NCBI GenBank assembly: GCA_963753565.1
Contig: CAVWCT010000022.1
Span: 3,839 to 67,838, forward strand
DNA: 64,000 bases
Reading direction: 5' to 3'
Source: an uncultured Actinomycetota bacterium
Lineage (GTDB): Bacteria > Actinomycetota > Actinomycetes > Propionibacteriales > Nocardioidaceae
The position numbers were made by a program, and so were the translations under genes. Below, one piece after another: positions 43,522 through 53,247 of the stretch. The notes below the pieces were generated by a model. The model was given only the letters and a program-made list of their open reading frames with translations. It did not search any database and had not been told where the DNA came from. Within the stretch, counting starts at the first letter, position 1, and each line of letters begins with the position of its first letter.

Positions 43522-44523
43522 ATGACCACCGATCTGGGCTCGCCGCTAGTTCTGACGCCGGAGGAGGCCGACAAGGCCGTCCTCCTGGCGGCGCCCCGCG
43601 GCTACTGCGCGGGGGTCGACCGGGCGGTGGTCACGGTCGAGAAGGCGCTCGACCTCTACGGCGCTCCCGTCTACGTACGTAAGCAGATCGTGCACAACAA
43701 GCACGTGGTGTCCGACCTCGAGTCGCGCGGGGCGATCTTCGTCGAGGAGCTCGACGAGGTGCCGGCCGGGGAGACCGTGGTCTTCTCGGCGCATGGCGTC
43801 TCGCCGGAGGTGCACCGCCAGGCCGAGGAGCGCGAGCTCAAGACGATCGACGCGACCTGCCCGCTGGTCACGAAGGTGCACCACGAGGCGAAGCGGTTTG
43901 CCGACGACGACTACGACATCCTGCTGATCGGCCACGAAGGCCATGAAGAGGTCGAGGGCACCGCGGGCGAGGCGCCCGACCACATCCAGCTGGTGCAGAG
44001 CCCTGCCGACGTGCCGGGCATCGTGGTCCGCGATCCGGCCCGGGTGGCCTGGCTGTCGCAGACGACGCTCTCGGTCGACGAGACCATGGCAACGGTGGCC
44101 GCGATCCGGGAGCGCTTCCCCCTGCTGCTCGACCCGCCCAGCGACGACATCTGCTACGCCACCCAGAACCGCCAGCTGGCGGTCAAGGAGATCTCCACCG
44201 ACGCCGATCTCGTGATCGTTGTTGGGTCGGGCAACTCCTCCAACTCGGTCCGGCTGGTCGAGGTGGCGCTCGAGGCGGGCGCGAAGGCGTCCCACCGCGT
44301 CGACGACGCCTCCGAGATCGACGAGTCCTGGCTGGACGGCGTTCGCACCGTCAGCGTCACCTCTGGCGCGAGCGTGCCCGAGGACCTGGTCGACGGAGTG
44401 CTCGCGTTCCTGGCCGAGCGCGGCTATCCCGATGCCAAGGCCGTTCACTCTGCCGAGGAGTCGTTGATCTTCTCGCTCCCCAAGGAGTTGCGCCGCGACC
44501 TCAAGGCGGCCGGGCGCGTCTGA
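43522..44523 (+). CDS. ispH: 4-hydroxy-3-methylbut-2-enyl diphosphate reductase
   Basis: [37 protein letters not shown]. Confidence 0.97.
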   Translation: MTTDLGSPLVLTPEEADKAVLLAAPRGYCAGVDRAVVTVEKALDLYGAPVYVRKQIVHNKHVVSDLESRGAIFVEELDEVPAGETVVFSAHGVSPEVHRQAEERELKTIDATCPLVTKVHHEAKRFADDDYDILLIGHEGHEEVEGTAGEAPDHIQLVQSPADVPGIVVRDPARVAWLSQTTLSVDETMATVAAIRERFPLLLDPPSDDICYATQNRQLAVKEISTDADLVIVVGSGNSSNSVRLVEVALEAGAKASHRVDDASEIDESWLDGVRTVSVTSGASVPEDLVDGVLAFLAERGYPDAKAVHSAEESLIFSLPKELRRDLKAAGRV

Positions 44524-45146
44524 TGGCCCGCTTCGTCGACATCCATCCGGACAACCCGCAGCCGCGGTTGCTGCAGCAGGTCGCAGAGGCGCTGCGCGAC
44601 GACGCGCTGATCGCCTACCCGACTGACTCGGGCTACGCGCTCGGGTCCCGCATCGGCAACCGTGACGGACGCGACCGGATCCTCCGGATCCGCGGCCTCG
44701 ACGAGCACCACCACTTCACGCTCATCTGCAAGGACTTCTCCCAGCTCGGTCAGCTGGTGCACGTCGACAACTCGGCGTTCCGGGCGATCAAGGCGTCGAC
44801 CCCTGGTCCCTACACGTTCATCCTGCCGGCGATGCCGGAGGTGCCGCGGCGGCTGCTGCACCCGAAGAAGCGCACCGTCGGCGTACGGATCCCCGATCAC
44901 AAGCTCGTGCACGCCCTCCTCGAGGAGCTCGGTGAGCCGCTGCTGTCGAGCTCACTGATCCTGCCGGGTGAGGAGGAGCCGCGCACCCAGGGTTGGGAGA
45001 TCAAGGAAGATCTCGACAACGACGTCGACCTGGTGATCGAGGCGGGCGAAACGCCTGCCGAGCCGACCACCGTCATCGACTGGTCATCCGGCTCGCCGGA
45101 AGTGGTACGCCGGGGAGCCGGCGACCCCGACCGGTTCGTCGCCTAG
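44523..45146 (+). CDS. Sua5/YciO/YrdC family protein (YciO type)
   Basis: IHPDNPQPR, YPTDSGYALG, TPGPYTFIL, GVRIPD. Confidence 0.9.
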   Translation: MARFVDIHPDNPQPRLLQQVAEALRDDALIAYPTDSGYALGSRIGNRDGRDRILRIRGLDEHHHFTLICKDFSQLGQLVHVDNSAFRAIKASTPGPYTFILPAMPEVPRRLLHPKKRTVGVRIPDHKLVHALLEELGEPLLSSSLILPGEEEPRTQGWEIKEDLDNDVDLVIEAGETPAEPTTVIDWSSGSPEVVRRGAGDPDRFVA

Positions 45147-45571
45147 CTGGAAGCCCGCTCAGCCTCCGCCTCGCGGATGGCCGCCACGCGTTGGCGAACG
45201 GCAAGGACGCCGAGGCACAGGGCGTAGCCGGCCATCAGCGCGACGCTGTGGTGGGAGAGCCCCGACACGGTCGCCTGCACCAGACCGTCGTCGGCCGCCC
45301 CGATCGAGGCGGGGGTGGTCATGGCCAGGAGCACGAACAGCCCGCCCATCAGCAGCGGTGGCAGCACGCCGACCACGAAGAAGTCGTCGGGCCGCACCGC
45401 GAGTGCGAGCGCGATGCACAACACGACGAAGCAGAGATCGAAGACCACCCCGACGCGGATGCTCGTGGCGACGTCGACCAGGACCACCGTCAGCGCGAGC
45501 GCGAACCCGAGCGCGACGACCTCACGGCCGGACTCGCGCCCTTCCTCCCACAACGTGCGGGTCGGGGTCAC
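45143..45571 (-). CDS. DUF6542-like membrane protein
   Basis: Several TM helices; AVRPDDFFVVGVLPPLL. Confidence 0.7.
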   Translation of the reverse strand: MTPTRTLWEEGRESGREVVALGFALALTVVLVDVATSIRVGVVFDLCFVVLCIALALAVRPDDFFVVGVLPPLLMGGLFVLLAMTTPASIGAADDGLVQATVSGLSHHSVALMAGYALCLGVLAVRQRVAAIREAEAERASS

Positions 45572-46632
45572 AAAGCAACGTTATGTCGCCCATCGGGCTC
45601 CTCGGGGGTGCCGCGCCGGTCGACCGCGTGCAGCTCCACCGGGCGTGGCGAGGGCAGCTCGTCGGCGGTGACGCCGAGGTCGACGAAGCGCCGCGCGGTC
45701 ACCAGCACCCGCGACTCCAAGGAGCCCATGGCACGGTTGTAGTGCTCGACGGCGGCGTTGAGCGATCGACCTACGTGGTCGAGGTGACCGCTGAGGGTGC
45801 CGAGCCGGGAGTGGAGGTCGCGGCCGATCCGGTGGATCTCCTGTGCCTGCTCGGCCAGGGCTTCGTGGCTCCAGCCCTGGGCGACCGTGCGCAGCAGGGC
45901 GATCAGGGTGGTCGGCGTAGCCAGCACGATCTGGTGCCGGGCCGCGAACTCGATCAGGTCGGGGTCGGTGTCCATCGCTGCCGCGAGGAACGACTCCGCG
46001 GGCACGAACAGCACCACGAACTCCGGCGTGCTCGGCAGCGCGCGCCAGTAGGCCTTCGAGGCCAGGGTGGTGATGTGGGTGCGCAGCTGGCGTGCGTGAC
46101 GGGCCAGGTGGCGGGTCCGCTCGGCCTCGTCGTCGGTGCCGGTGGCATCGAGGTAGGCATCGAGCGGCACCTTGGCGTCGACCACCACCTGCCGGTCGCC
46201 GGCCAGGTGGACCACCAGGTCGGGGCGTCGTGCGCCGTCGTCGAGCCGCGCCTGCTCGGTGAAGTCGCAGCGCTCGACCAGGCCGGCGAGCTCGACGGCG
46301 CGTCGCAGGTGCAGCTCGCCCCAGCGTCCGCGTACCTGCGGCTTGCGAAGCGCGGTGGACAGCGTCTGGGTCTCGCGCCGCAGTGACTCGGTCGACATCC
46401 GCATGTCGAGCACCTGCTCGTTGAGCTGTCCCTGCCAGCTCGACCGCTGGTGGTCGATCTCGCGGAGCTGGTCGCTGAGCCGGTCGAGGCCCTGCATCAC
46501 CTCGGCCTGCTCGACCATGCCCGCCCCGATCGCTCCGACGTGGTCGGGCCGCGACCGCACCCACAGGGCGCCACCGAGCCCGCCCAGGGCAAGACCGATC
46601 AGCAGGCCGGCCAGCAGGATCAGGATTTCCAT
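45568..46632 (-). CDS. rmuC: DNA recombination protein RmuC
   Basis: RGRWGELHLRR, RPDLVV, VDAKVPL, PEFVVLFVP, TPTTLIALL. Confidence 0.93.
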   Translation of the reverse strand: MEILILLAGLLIGLALGGLGGALWVRSRPDHVGAIGAGMVEQAEVMQGLDRLSDQLREIDHQRSSWQGQLNEQVLDMRMSTESLRRETQTLSTALRKPQVRGRWGELHLRRAVELAGLVERCDFTEQARLDDGARRPDLVVHLAGDRQVVVDAKVPLDAYLDATGTDDEAERTRHLARHARQLRTHITTLASKAYWRALPSTPEFVVLFVPAESFLAAAMDTDPDLIEFAARHQIVLATPTTLIALLRTVAQGWSHEALAEQAQEIHRIGRDLHSRLGTLSGHLDHVGRSLNAAVEHYNRAMGSLESRVLVTARRFVDLGVTADELPSPRPVELHAVDRRGTPEEPDGRHNVAL

Positions 46633-46746
46633 GGTCCGAGCATGACGGTGACCACCGACACAGCTCGCCGATCGACCACGACCGGTTGCATCGCGCCCGC
46701 CGGGGAACCGGCTCGGTGACCAGCCCCGGGCGAAAGGCGGAAAGCA

Positions 46747-47592
46747 ATGAGTGACGAGGCGGATCACGCCACCGACGACCGCCGCTCACTCGGTGACACC
46801 GACGGACCGATGGAGGACGTCCTCGAGGAGGCGTTCACGCGACAGGTGCTGGAAGGCACCCAACGGTTGAGCCGGCCGTGGCGCGAGGTGCTGGTCACGG
46901 GCTTCGTGGGCGGCACCGAGGTGGCCATTGGGGTGCTGGCGATGCTGGTGGTGCTCCATGAGACCGGAAGCCAGCTGCTGGGCGGCCTCGCCTTCTCGGT
47001 CGGGTTCATCGCGCTTCTCCTCGGACGCACCGAGCTGTTCACGGAGGGGTTTCTCGTCCCGGTCGTCACTGTCGCGGCCAAGCGCGCACAGGTCCGCCAG
47101 CTCGCAAAGCTGTGGTCGGGCACGCTGGTGGCCAACCTGGTGGGCGGGTGGCTCATCATGTGGTTGATCGTCTGGGGGTATCCATCTCTCCACGGCCAGC
47201 TCGTCGAGTCGGCCACCCACTTCGCCACCGCACCTGTCGATGCCGAGACCGTTGCCCTGTCGGTGCTCGGAGGCGCAGTGATCACCCTGCTCACGCGGAT
47301 GCAGCACGGCACCGAGGACATGACCGCGAAGATCGTCGCGGCCGTGGTCGCGGGGTTCCTGCTGGCCGGCACCGAGATGTTCCACTCGATCCTCGACTCG
47401 CTGTTGATCTTCGGCGCCCTGCACACGGGCGACGCGTCGTTCGGCTACGTCGACTGGATCGGTTTCCTCGGCCTGACCGTCGTGGGAAACATGGCAGGTG
47501 GCCTTGGCCTGGTCACCGTGCTGAGGCTCGTCCGCAGCAAGGAACGGCTCGAGGACGAACGCACGCGGGAGGAGCCCTCTCAAGAGGACTAG
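46747..47592 (+). CDS. Formate/nitrite transporter family protein
   Basis: ELFTEGF, ANLVGG, HSIL, GNMAGG; multiple TM helices. Confidence 0.85.
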   Translation: MSDEADHATDDRRSLGDTDGPMEDVLEEAFTRQVLEGTQRLSRPWREVLVTGFVGGTEVAIGVLAMLVVLHETGSQLLGGLAFSVGFIALLLGRTELFTEGFLVPVVTVAAKRAQVRQLAKLWSGTLVANLVGGWLIMWLIVWGYPSLHGQLVESATHFATAPVDAETVALSVLGGAVITLLTRMQHGTEDMTAKIVAAVVAGFLLAGTEMFHSILDSLLIFGALHTGDASFGYVDWIGFLGLTVVGNMAGGLGLVTVLRLVRSKERLEDERTREEPSQED

Positions 47593-47837
47593 GCGGGAGT
47601 GGGCGCCGGATCTGCTAGGTCGGTCTCGGGTTCGTACATGGCGATCAGGAAGCGGACGCCCTCGACCTCGACCTCGCCGCGCAGCTGGCACGGGATCGTG
47701 TCGGAGACAAGGTGCCAGCTCGCTTTCGAGAGCAGGATCGAGCCAGGCCTCCACACCTGAAAGCTGATCGTGCCGTCCCAGGTGCCGTCACGATCGGCGG
47801 TCACGAGAGCCTCGAGAACCTGTCGAGAGTGGCGCAC
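47589..47837 (-). CDS. Hypothetical protein or gene fragment
   Basis: 82-codon ORF filling the gap; no recognisable motif or RBS. Confidence 0.35.
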   Translation of the reverse strand: MRHSRQVLEALVTADRDGTWDGTISFQVWRPGSILLSKASWHLVSDTIPCQLRGEVEVEGVRFLIAMYEPETDLADPAPTPA

Positions 47838-47899
47838 GCTGCAGCTCGGGTGGTACGGCGCTGCTCGTGGGCGGACGCTACTGCCTCGCGAGGTTCAGG

Positions 47900-48679
47900 T
47901 CAGTCAACCAGGTCGACGATCACCGGGGCGTGGTCGGAAGCGCCCTTGCCGGCGCGCTCGTCGCGGTCGATCCGGCCGGCGGTGACGCGCGCGGCGAGCG
48001 GGGGAGAGGCGAGCACGAAGTCGATCCGCATGCCGCGGTTCCGCTCGAACCGCTGGCGGTAGTAGTCCCAGTAGGTGAAGACGTCCGGGCCGGGCGTGTG
48101 CGGGCGGACCACGTCGACGTAGCCGTCGTCGAGGAAGGCCTGGAACGCCGCCCGCTCGCGCGGGGTGACATGTGTGTCTGTGGCGTACGCCGCCATGTCG
48201 AAGACGTCCTCGTCCTGCGGGGCGATGTTCCAGTCGCCGACCAGCGCGGTCGGCTGGTCGAGCCAGGGGCGCGCGGCGTCGCGGAGGTGGGCGAGCCAGT
48301 CGAGCTTGTAGAGGTAGTGGGGGTCGTCGATCTTGCGGCCGTTGGGCACGTAGAGCGACCACACCCGCACGCCGCCGCACGTCGCGCCGATCGCCCGCGC
48401 CTCGGCGGCGATCGGGTCGCCCCAGCCGGGCATACCTTCGAACCCGACCTGCACGTCCCCGAGCCCGACCCGGCTGATGATCGCCACGCCGTTCCACTGG
48501 TTGGTGCCGGCCGCGGCGACTTCGTAGCCCATCGACTGCAGCCCCATCAGCGGCAGCTGGTCCTCGCGCGCCTTGGTCTCCTGGAGTGCGAGCACATCGA
48601 GGTCGTGTCGTTCGAGGAGTGCCTCGACCCGGTCGATGCGCGAGCGCAAGGAGTTGACGTTCCAGGTGGCGATCCGCAC
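47900..48679 (-). CDS. xth: Exodeoxyribonuclease III
   Basis: RIATWNVNS, LQETK, YVPNG, GDWNIAP, RID, SDHAP. Confidence 0.96.
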   Translation of the reverse strand: MRIATWNVNSLRSRIDRVEALLERHDLDVLALQETKAREDQLPLMGLQSMGYEVAAAGTNQWNGVAIISRVGLGDVQVGFEGMPGWGDPIAAEARAIGATCGGVRVWSLYVPNGRKIDDPHYLYKLDWLAHLRDAARPWLDQPTALVGDWNIAPQDEDVFDMAAYATDTHVTPRERAAFQAFLDDGYVDVVRPHTPGPDVFTYWDYYRQRFERNRGMRIDFVLASPPLAARVTAGRIDRDERAGKGASDHAPVIVDLVD

Positions 48680-48700
48680 CCGGGCGAGTCTAGATGCGGC

Positions 48701-49297
48701 CTAGGACCGGCCCAGCACCATCGGGACGATCACCGCGTCGACGTAGGCCTTCCGGCGGGCGGCCGTGTCGAGGCGCGGCGGCCCGTCGGGGGTGAGCAGC
48801 AGCGACTGCGTGAGCCGGGCCAGCGTGTGGGCCGTCGCCCTGACGCCGCTCGTGTCGGGGTTGCCGACGTACGCCCGGAGCTTGACCATGCGATCGGCCG
48901 AGAGCTCGGCGGCGAGCGCGATCACCTCGCCCGCGCGCTCGGTCAGCCCGATCAGCGCGTCCTCGCGGTCCTTGACCATCAGCTGCTGGAGCAGCTCGTT
49001 GTCCTTGACCTCGCCGATGGTGACCGAGAAGAACGTGAGCACGTACCCCGCCGGGTCGAACCCCGGTGTGCCCGGCGGCGGCACCTCGCCGATGCCCTCC
49101 TCGATCCGGGCCAGCACGCGGCTGGTCTCCTGCAGGATCGCCTGGGAGACGATCTGGTCCTTGGTGCCGAGTCGCCGGTAGAGGGTGGCCCGGTTGACGC
49201 CGGCGCGGCGGGCAATGTCGTCGGCACTGGTGCGGCGTACGCCGGTCAGCGCGAACTGCTCGACGGCTGCGTCGAGCAGTGCCGAGTCCTGGCTCAC
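48701..49297 (-). CDS. TetR-family regulator
   Basis: IARRAGVNRATLYRRLGTKD HTH; divergent from the MpaB-family gene. Confidence 0.9.
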   Translation of the reverse strand: MSQDSALLDAAVEQFALTGVRRTSADDIARRAGVNRATLYRRLGTKDQIVSQAILQETSRVLARIEEGIGEVPPPGTPGFDPAGYVLTFFSVTIGEVKDNELLQQLMVKDREDALIGLTERAGEVIALAAELSADRMVKLRAYVGNPDTSGVRATAHTLARLTQSLLLTPDGPPRLDTAARRKAYVDAVIVPMVLGRS

Positions 49298-49326
49298 GTC
49301 GCCCCCGTCCTGACCACTTGCATCTA

Positions 49327-49353
49327 TGCAACAACTTCTGCGACATTGTTGCA
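49327..49353. promoter_or_regulatory. Putative TetR operator
   Basis: TGCAACAA-N11-TTGTTGCA perfect inverted repeat in the 57-bp divergent gap, next to the ATG at 49355. Confidence 0.65.
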
Positions 49354-49354
49354 C

Positions 49355-50182
49355 ATGGCTGTCCTGCAGGAGCGCGCCCAGTTCGCTCGCAAGGGTGATT
49401 CGGAGCTGCGGCTCGCCGACTTCGTCGGCGAGCAGATGCTGATGCTCGGCGCCGGGTCAACGGTGATGTACCAGCTGGCCATGAAGGGTGTCGGCCTCGG
49501 CGTCGCGGAGCACTCGACCACAATGAAACGCCCGGTCGACCGGCTGCGCACCACGCTGACCTACGTCTTCGTGATGAGCCTCGGCACCGAGGAGGAGAAG
49601 AAGGCCGTCTCCCGGATGGTCAACAAGATGCACTCAACCGTGCGCTCGCCCGGTCGCTACTCCGCGTTCGATCCGGAGCTCCAGCTGTGGGTGGCCGCGA
49701 CCCTGGCCAAGAACGGCGAGTGGCTGTTCGAGAAGGTCTTCAACCCGATGGACGAGGCCACCAAGGAGCGCGTGTACGGCGAGTCCTGGATCTTCGGTAC
49801 GGCGCTGCAGGTGACGCCCGAGATGTGGCCGCAGAGCCGAGCCGAGTTCGACGTCTACTGGGAGGAGTCGCTCCAGAAGCTGGCGCCGGACCCGATCGTG
49901 CAGCGCTACGCCAACCAGCTGCTCGACGTCCGCTCGGCTCCGTGGGTGATGCGTCCGGCCCTACCGCTGCAGAGCCTGATGACCCGCGGCAACCTCGACG
50001 CCCGCACCCGCGAGATCCTCGGCCTGTCGTGGTCGCCCCGCGAGCAGCGGATCTACGACCTGTTCTGGAAGGTGTTCCCGCCGGTCTACCGACTGGTACC
50101 GCGCCCGGTGCGCCAGCTCCACGCCATGCTCGTCCTGCGCGACATGCGGCGCCGGATGCGCAAGGGCAAGCGCGTCATCTAG
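49355..50182 (+). CDS. MpaB/DUF2236 oxygenase family protein
   Basis: GVAEHS, DRLRTTLTY, YSAFDPELQLWVAATL, WPQSRAEFDVYW. Confidence 0.88.
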   Translation: MAVLQERAQFARKGDSELRLADFVGEQMLMLGAGSTVMYQLAMKGVGLGVAEHSTTMKRPVDRLRTTLTYVFVMSLGTEEEKKAVSRMVNKMHSTVRSPGRYSAFDPELQLWVAATLAKNGEWLFEKVFNPMDEATKERVYGESWIFGTALQVTPEMWPQSRAEFDVYWEESLQKLAPDPIVQRYANQLLDVRSAPWVMRPALPLQSLMTRGNLDARTREILGLSWSPREQRIYDLFWKVFPPVYRLVPRPVRQLHAMLVLRDMRRRMRKGKRVI

Positions 50183-50201
50183 TCGCTGCCGTTGGTCCAG
50201 C

Positions 50202-50298
50202 TGTCGCTGCTTCATCAAGGGATGCAGACGAACCGCCGCTTCCCATGGTGAGCAACCCGTGGGAAGTGACGAGTCCCCTACATACCGTGATGAAGCGT
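50202..50298 (+). repeat. 97-bp palindromic element, copy 2
   Basis: Aligns to the reverse complement of 22422-22518 with about 14 mismatches and no gaps (hand count). Confidence 0.9.
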
Positions 50299-50356
50299 AA
50301 GCGCTACCGCCCAACGATTCCTGGCTACGACGCACGCCCTCGTAGACTCCCCGCCC

Positions 50357-51445
50357 GTGGCACTCACCATCGGCATCGTCGGACTCCCCAACGCGGGCAA
50401 GTCGACCCTCTTCAACGCCCTGACCAAGAATAACGTGCTCGCGGCGAACTACCCGTTCGCCACGATCGAGCCGAACGTCGGCGTGGTCGGCGTCCCCGAT
50501 GACCGGCTGCCGAGGCTGGCTGAGGTGTTCGGCTCGGCCAAGATCCTGCCCGCGACCGTGGAGTTCGTGGACATCGCGGGCATCGTCCGCGGTGCGTCCG
50601 AAGGTGAAGGCCTGGGCAACAAGTTCCTGTCCCACATCCGGGAGTCGTCGGCGATCTGCCAGGTGACCCGGGTGTTCCGCGACGAGGACGTGACCCACGT
50701 CGACGGCGAGGTCAACCCCGGAAGCGACCTCTCCACCATCTCGACCGAGCTGGTCCTGGCCGACCTGCAGACCGTCGAGAAGGCGATCCCGCGGCTGGAG
50801 AAGGAGGCCCGCGGCGACAAGGCCATCGCGGCCAACCTCGCGGCGGCGAAGGAGGCCCTCGGCCACCTCGAGGCCGGCACGCCGATCATCGCGCTCATCC
50901 AGTCGGGGGCAATCGACCGCTCCCTGATCCGCGAGCTGTCGCTGCTCACAGCCAAGCCGTTCATCTACGTCTTCAACTGCGATGCCGACGAGCTGGGCGA
51001 CGCCGAGCTCAAGGCGAAGATGCAGGCCCTGGTTGCGCCGTCGGAGGCGATCTTCCTGGACGCGAAGTTCGAGTCCGAGCTGGTCGAGCTCGGCGACGAC
51101 GACGAGGCCCGCGAGATGCTCGCCGACATGGGTGTCGACGAGCCCGGGCTCGACGTACTCGCTCGGGTCGGCTTCGACACCCTCGGCCTGCAGACCTACC
51201 TGACCGCCGGCCCCAAGGAGTCGCGGGCCTGGACGATCCGCAAGGGCGCCACCGCTCCCGAGGCCGCCGGCGTCATCCACACCGACTTCCAGAAGGGCTT
51301 CATCAAGGCCGAGATCGTCTCCTTCGACGACCTGATGGACGCCGGCTCCATGCTCAAGGCCAAGGAAGCCGGCCGGGTGCGCATGGAGGGCAAGGACTAC
51401 GTCATGGCCGACGGCGACGTGGTGGAGTTCCGCTTCAACGTGTGA
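50357..51445 (+). CDS. ychF: Redox-regulated ribosome-binding ATPase YchF
   Basis: GIVGLPNAGKSTLFNALT, ANYPFATIEPN, DIAG, AAGVIHTDF, C-terminal EFRFNV. Confidence 0.98.
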   Translation: MALTIGIVGLPNAGKSTLFNALTKNNVLAANYPFATIEPNVGVVGVPDDRLPRLAEVFGSAKILPATVEFVDIAGIVRGASEGEGLGNKFLSHIRESSAICQVTRVFRDEDVTHVDGEVNPGSDLSTISTELVLADLQTVEKAIPRLEKEARGDKAIAANLAAAKEALGHLEAGTPIIALIQSGAIDRSLIRELSLLTAKPFIYVFNCDADELGDAELKAKMQALVAPSEAIFLDAKFESELVELGDDDEAREMLADMGVDEPGLDVLARVGFDTLGLQTYLTAGPKESRAWTIRKGATAPEAAGVIHTDFQKGFIKAEIVSFDDLMDAGSMLKAKEAGRVRMEGKDYVMADGDVVEFRFNV

Positions 51446-51647
51446 ATCGGCGCGTTGGCACAGCTCAGAGGGCGATGAGCCCTCCCAGTCCGCACAGAGT
51501 CCGAAAGAACTTCAGGCTGACGAGCTCATGGCCCCATGCGGAGGCGCTCCGTGAGGCGCCGCTGAGGGCTGGGACGCTGACCGGTTGGGGGCACGAGCTG
51601 GCACGCGGCCCCGCCTGACCAGTGGGCCCCAACGTGGCCGAGCAGCA

Positions 51648-52046
51648 TCACGGCTGTGCCGCCTGCTGCTCGTGGCGTCGGATCGTGTCCGCGTCCCAGA
51701 TGCCCGTGCAGAACATCACGTGGTCGGTGATCCGACCGTTGCGCTCGCGCAGCAGATGCACCTCTCGGGCGAGTCTCTCCTCTCCCTGGCTCTCGAAGCG
51801 ACACTCGATCTCCACGACAGCGCCATCCGATGTCGCCCGGGTCGACTGGCTGGTGAGCCGGTACCCCGGCTGGAATTCCTCGGTCCGCAACACCTCGGCG
51901 AGGGCTTCGGGTCCGTGCAGCACGAAGTGCCATTGGGGGACGTTGATGTCAGACACCACGTCGGGTGCGACGAGGGCGGCGACAGCATCCGCGTCCGCAC
52001 GCCGGTAGGCGTCTAGGAACCGTTGGCCGATGTCCGGGTCGGTCAT
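51648..52046 (-). CDS. NTF2-like/SnoaL domain protein
   Basis: 132 aa, ALVAPDV...HG...GRITDHVMFCTG; ATGA overlap with the methyltransferase. Confidence 0.75.
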   Translation of the reverse strand: MTDPDIGQRFLDAYRRADADAVAALVAPDVVSDINVPQWHFVLHGPEALAEVLRTEEFQPGYRLTSQSTRATSDGAVVEIECRFESQGEERLAREVHLLRERNGRITDHVMFCTGIWDADTIRRHEQQAAQP

Positions 52047-53176
52047 GGCGTCACCAGCTTGTAGAAGCGGAAGAGATCGTGCTCGATCGGCAGGATCTGG
52101 ATCTCGGCGAAGCCGGCCTCAGTGGCGTAGCCGCGAAGGGTGTCAGGGCGCATGACGGTGCCGGTTGCGGCCGACGGCGCTTCGGCGCGTCCGACCGGGA
52201 GGCAGTGCAGCACGCTGGCTGCGTAGAAGAAGCGCTCCATCGGGTTCACCGTGCTGGGGTCGAACCGCTCCTGGACCTTCTCGTCCATCACCAGATAGGT
52301 CGCGCCGTCTTTGCCGAGCCGGCGCAGGGTGCGCAAGGCGTCGACCGGCCGAGCCAGGTCGTGCACCATCTCGAAGGCCAGCAGCACGTCGTAGGACGCC
52401 GTGGCGGCGTCGAAGGAGCCGGTGTCGGCGACGTCGGCCACCTCGAACCGGACGCGGTCGCCCACGCCTGCGTCCGCTGCGTTCTTGCGGGCAGCGGCCA
52501 CCGACGCCTCGTCGACGTCGAACCCGTCCACCGCGGCGTTGGGCCACGCCCGGGCGATCGCGATCGCCGCCCACCCTTCTCCCGAGCCGATCTCGGCGAC
52601 CCGGACCGGTGCTCCCGTGGCGAGGCGATCGATGACTCCGGGCACCGCGGGAAGCCACTCGGTCGTCAGCAGGGACAGGAACGCCGGCCGGTTGAAGTCG
52701 CCCTGGGCGTCGTGGACCGCATAGTCGGCGTACGGGACGCCACCACCGGTGCGGAACGCCTCGGTCAGAGCCGGGTAGACCGCGCTCACCGATGCAACGA
52801 AGTCGAACAGCGGACCCACCGACGCCAGGCTCTCGGGCCGGATCAGGCACTCCTGAGCGGCCTCGGACAGCACGAACCTGCGTGCATCCGCATCGGCCAC
52901 CTCGTCTGCTGCGTCCGGTGCGACGTCGACGAGCCCGGCCACGGCCTGCTGCTCCAGCCACTCGCGGACATATCTGGTGTCCGTGCCGGTGTCGGTGGCG
53001 AGCTTGCCGGCGGTGCTGGGCCCCTGCGCGGCGAGGGCGTCGTACCAGCCGAGCTGGCGTCCCAGGGCGATGGTGAAGGCCTCGAACGCGTCGAGCCCTG
53101 TCATGAAGAGGCGTTCGGCGTACGCACCGACGGCTGCCTCGACGTCTTCGTTGGTGGCGGGGGTGGTCGTGCTCAT
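52043..53176 (-). CDS. Class I SAM-dependent methyltransferase with N-terminal winged helix (Rv2258c-like)
   Basis: RYVREWLEQQA, VAEIGSGEGW, EMVHDLARP, SVLHCLP, GTVMR; AGGAGG RBS. Confidence 0.9.
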   Translation of the reverse strand: MSTTTPATNEDVEAAVGAYAERLFMTGLDAFEAFTIALGRQLGWYDALAAQGPSTAGKLATDTGTDTRYVREWLEQQAVAGLVDVAPDAADEVADADARRFVLSEAAQECLIRPESLASVGPLFDFVASVSAVYPALTEAFRTGGGVPYADYAVHDAQGDFNRPAFLSLLTTEWLPAVPGVIDRLATGAPVRVAEIGSGEGWAAIAIARAWPNAAVDGFDVDEASVAAARKNAADAGVGDRVRFEVADVADTGSFDAATASYDVLLAFEMVHDLARPVDALRTLRRLGKDGATYLVMDEKVQERFDPSTVNPMERFFYAASVLHCLPVGRAEAPSAATGTVMRPDTLRGYATEAGFAEIQILPIEHDLFRFYKLVTP

Positions 53177-53247
53177 TGTTCCTCCTTGTGGTGGGTCGTT
53201 CACCATGGAGGCGCCAGATCCGGTGTAGCAGTGCCAGATGCAGCCAG

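Noticed and set aside
47867-49354. N-terminal part of the 771-aa ORF
   Set aside because: Antisense shadow of xth and tetR; the real gene starts at 49355.
51470-51500. Possible tRNA 3'-end remnant (GAGCCCTCCCAGTCCGCAC)
   Set aside because: No GTTCRA T-loop and no CCA; similarity is too weak.
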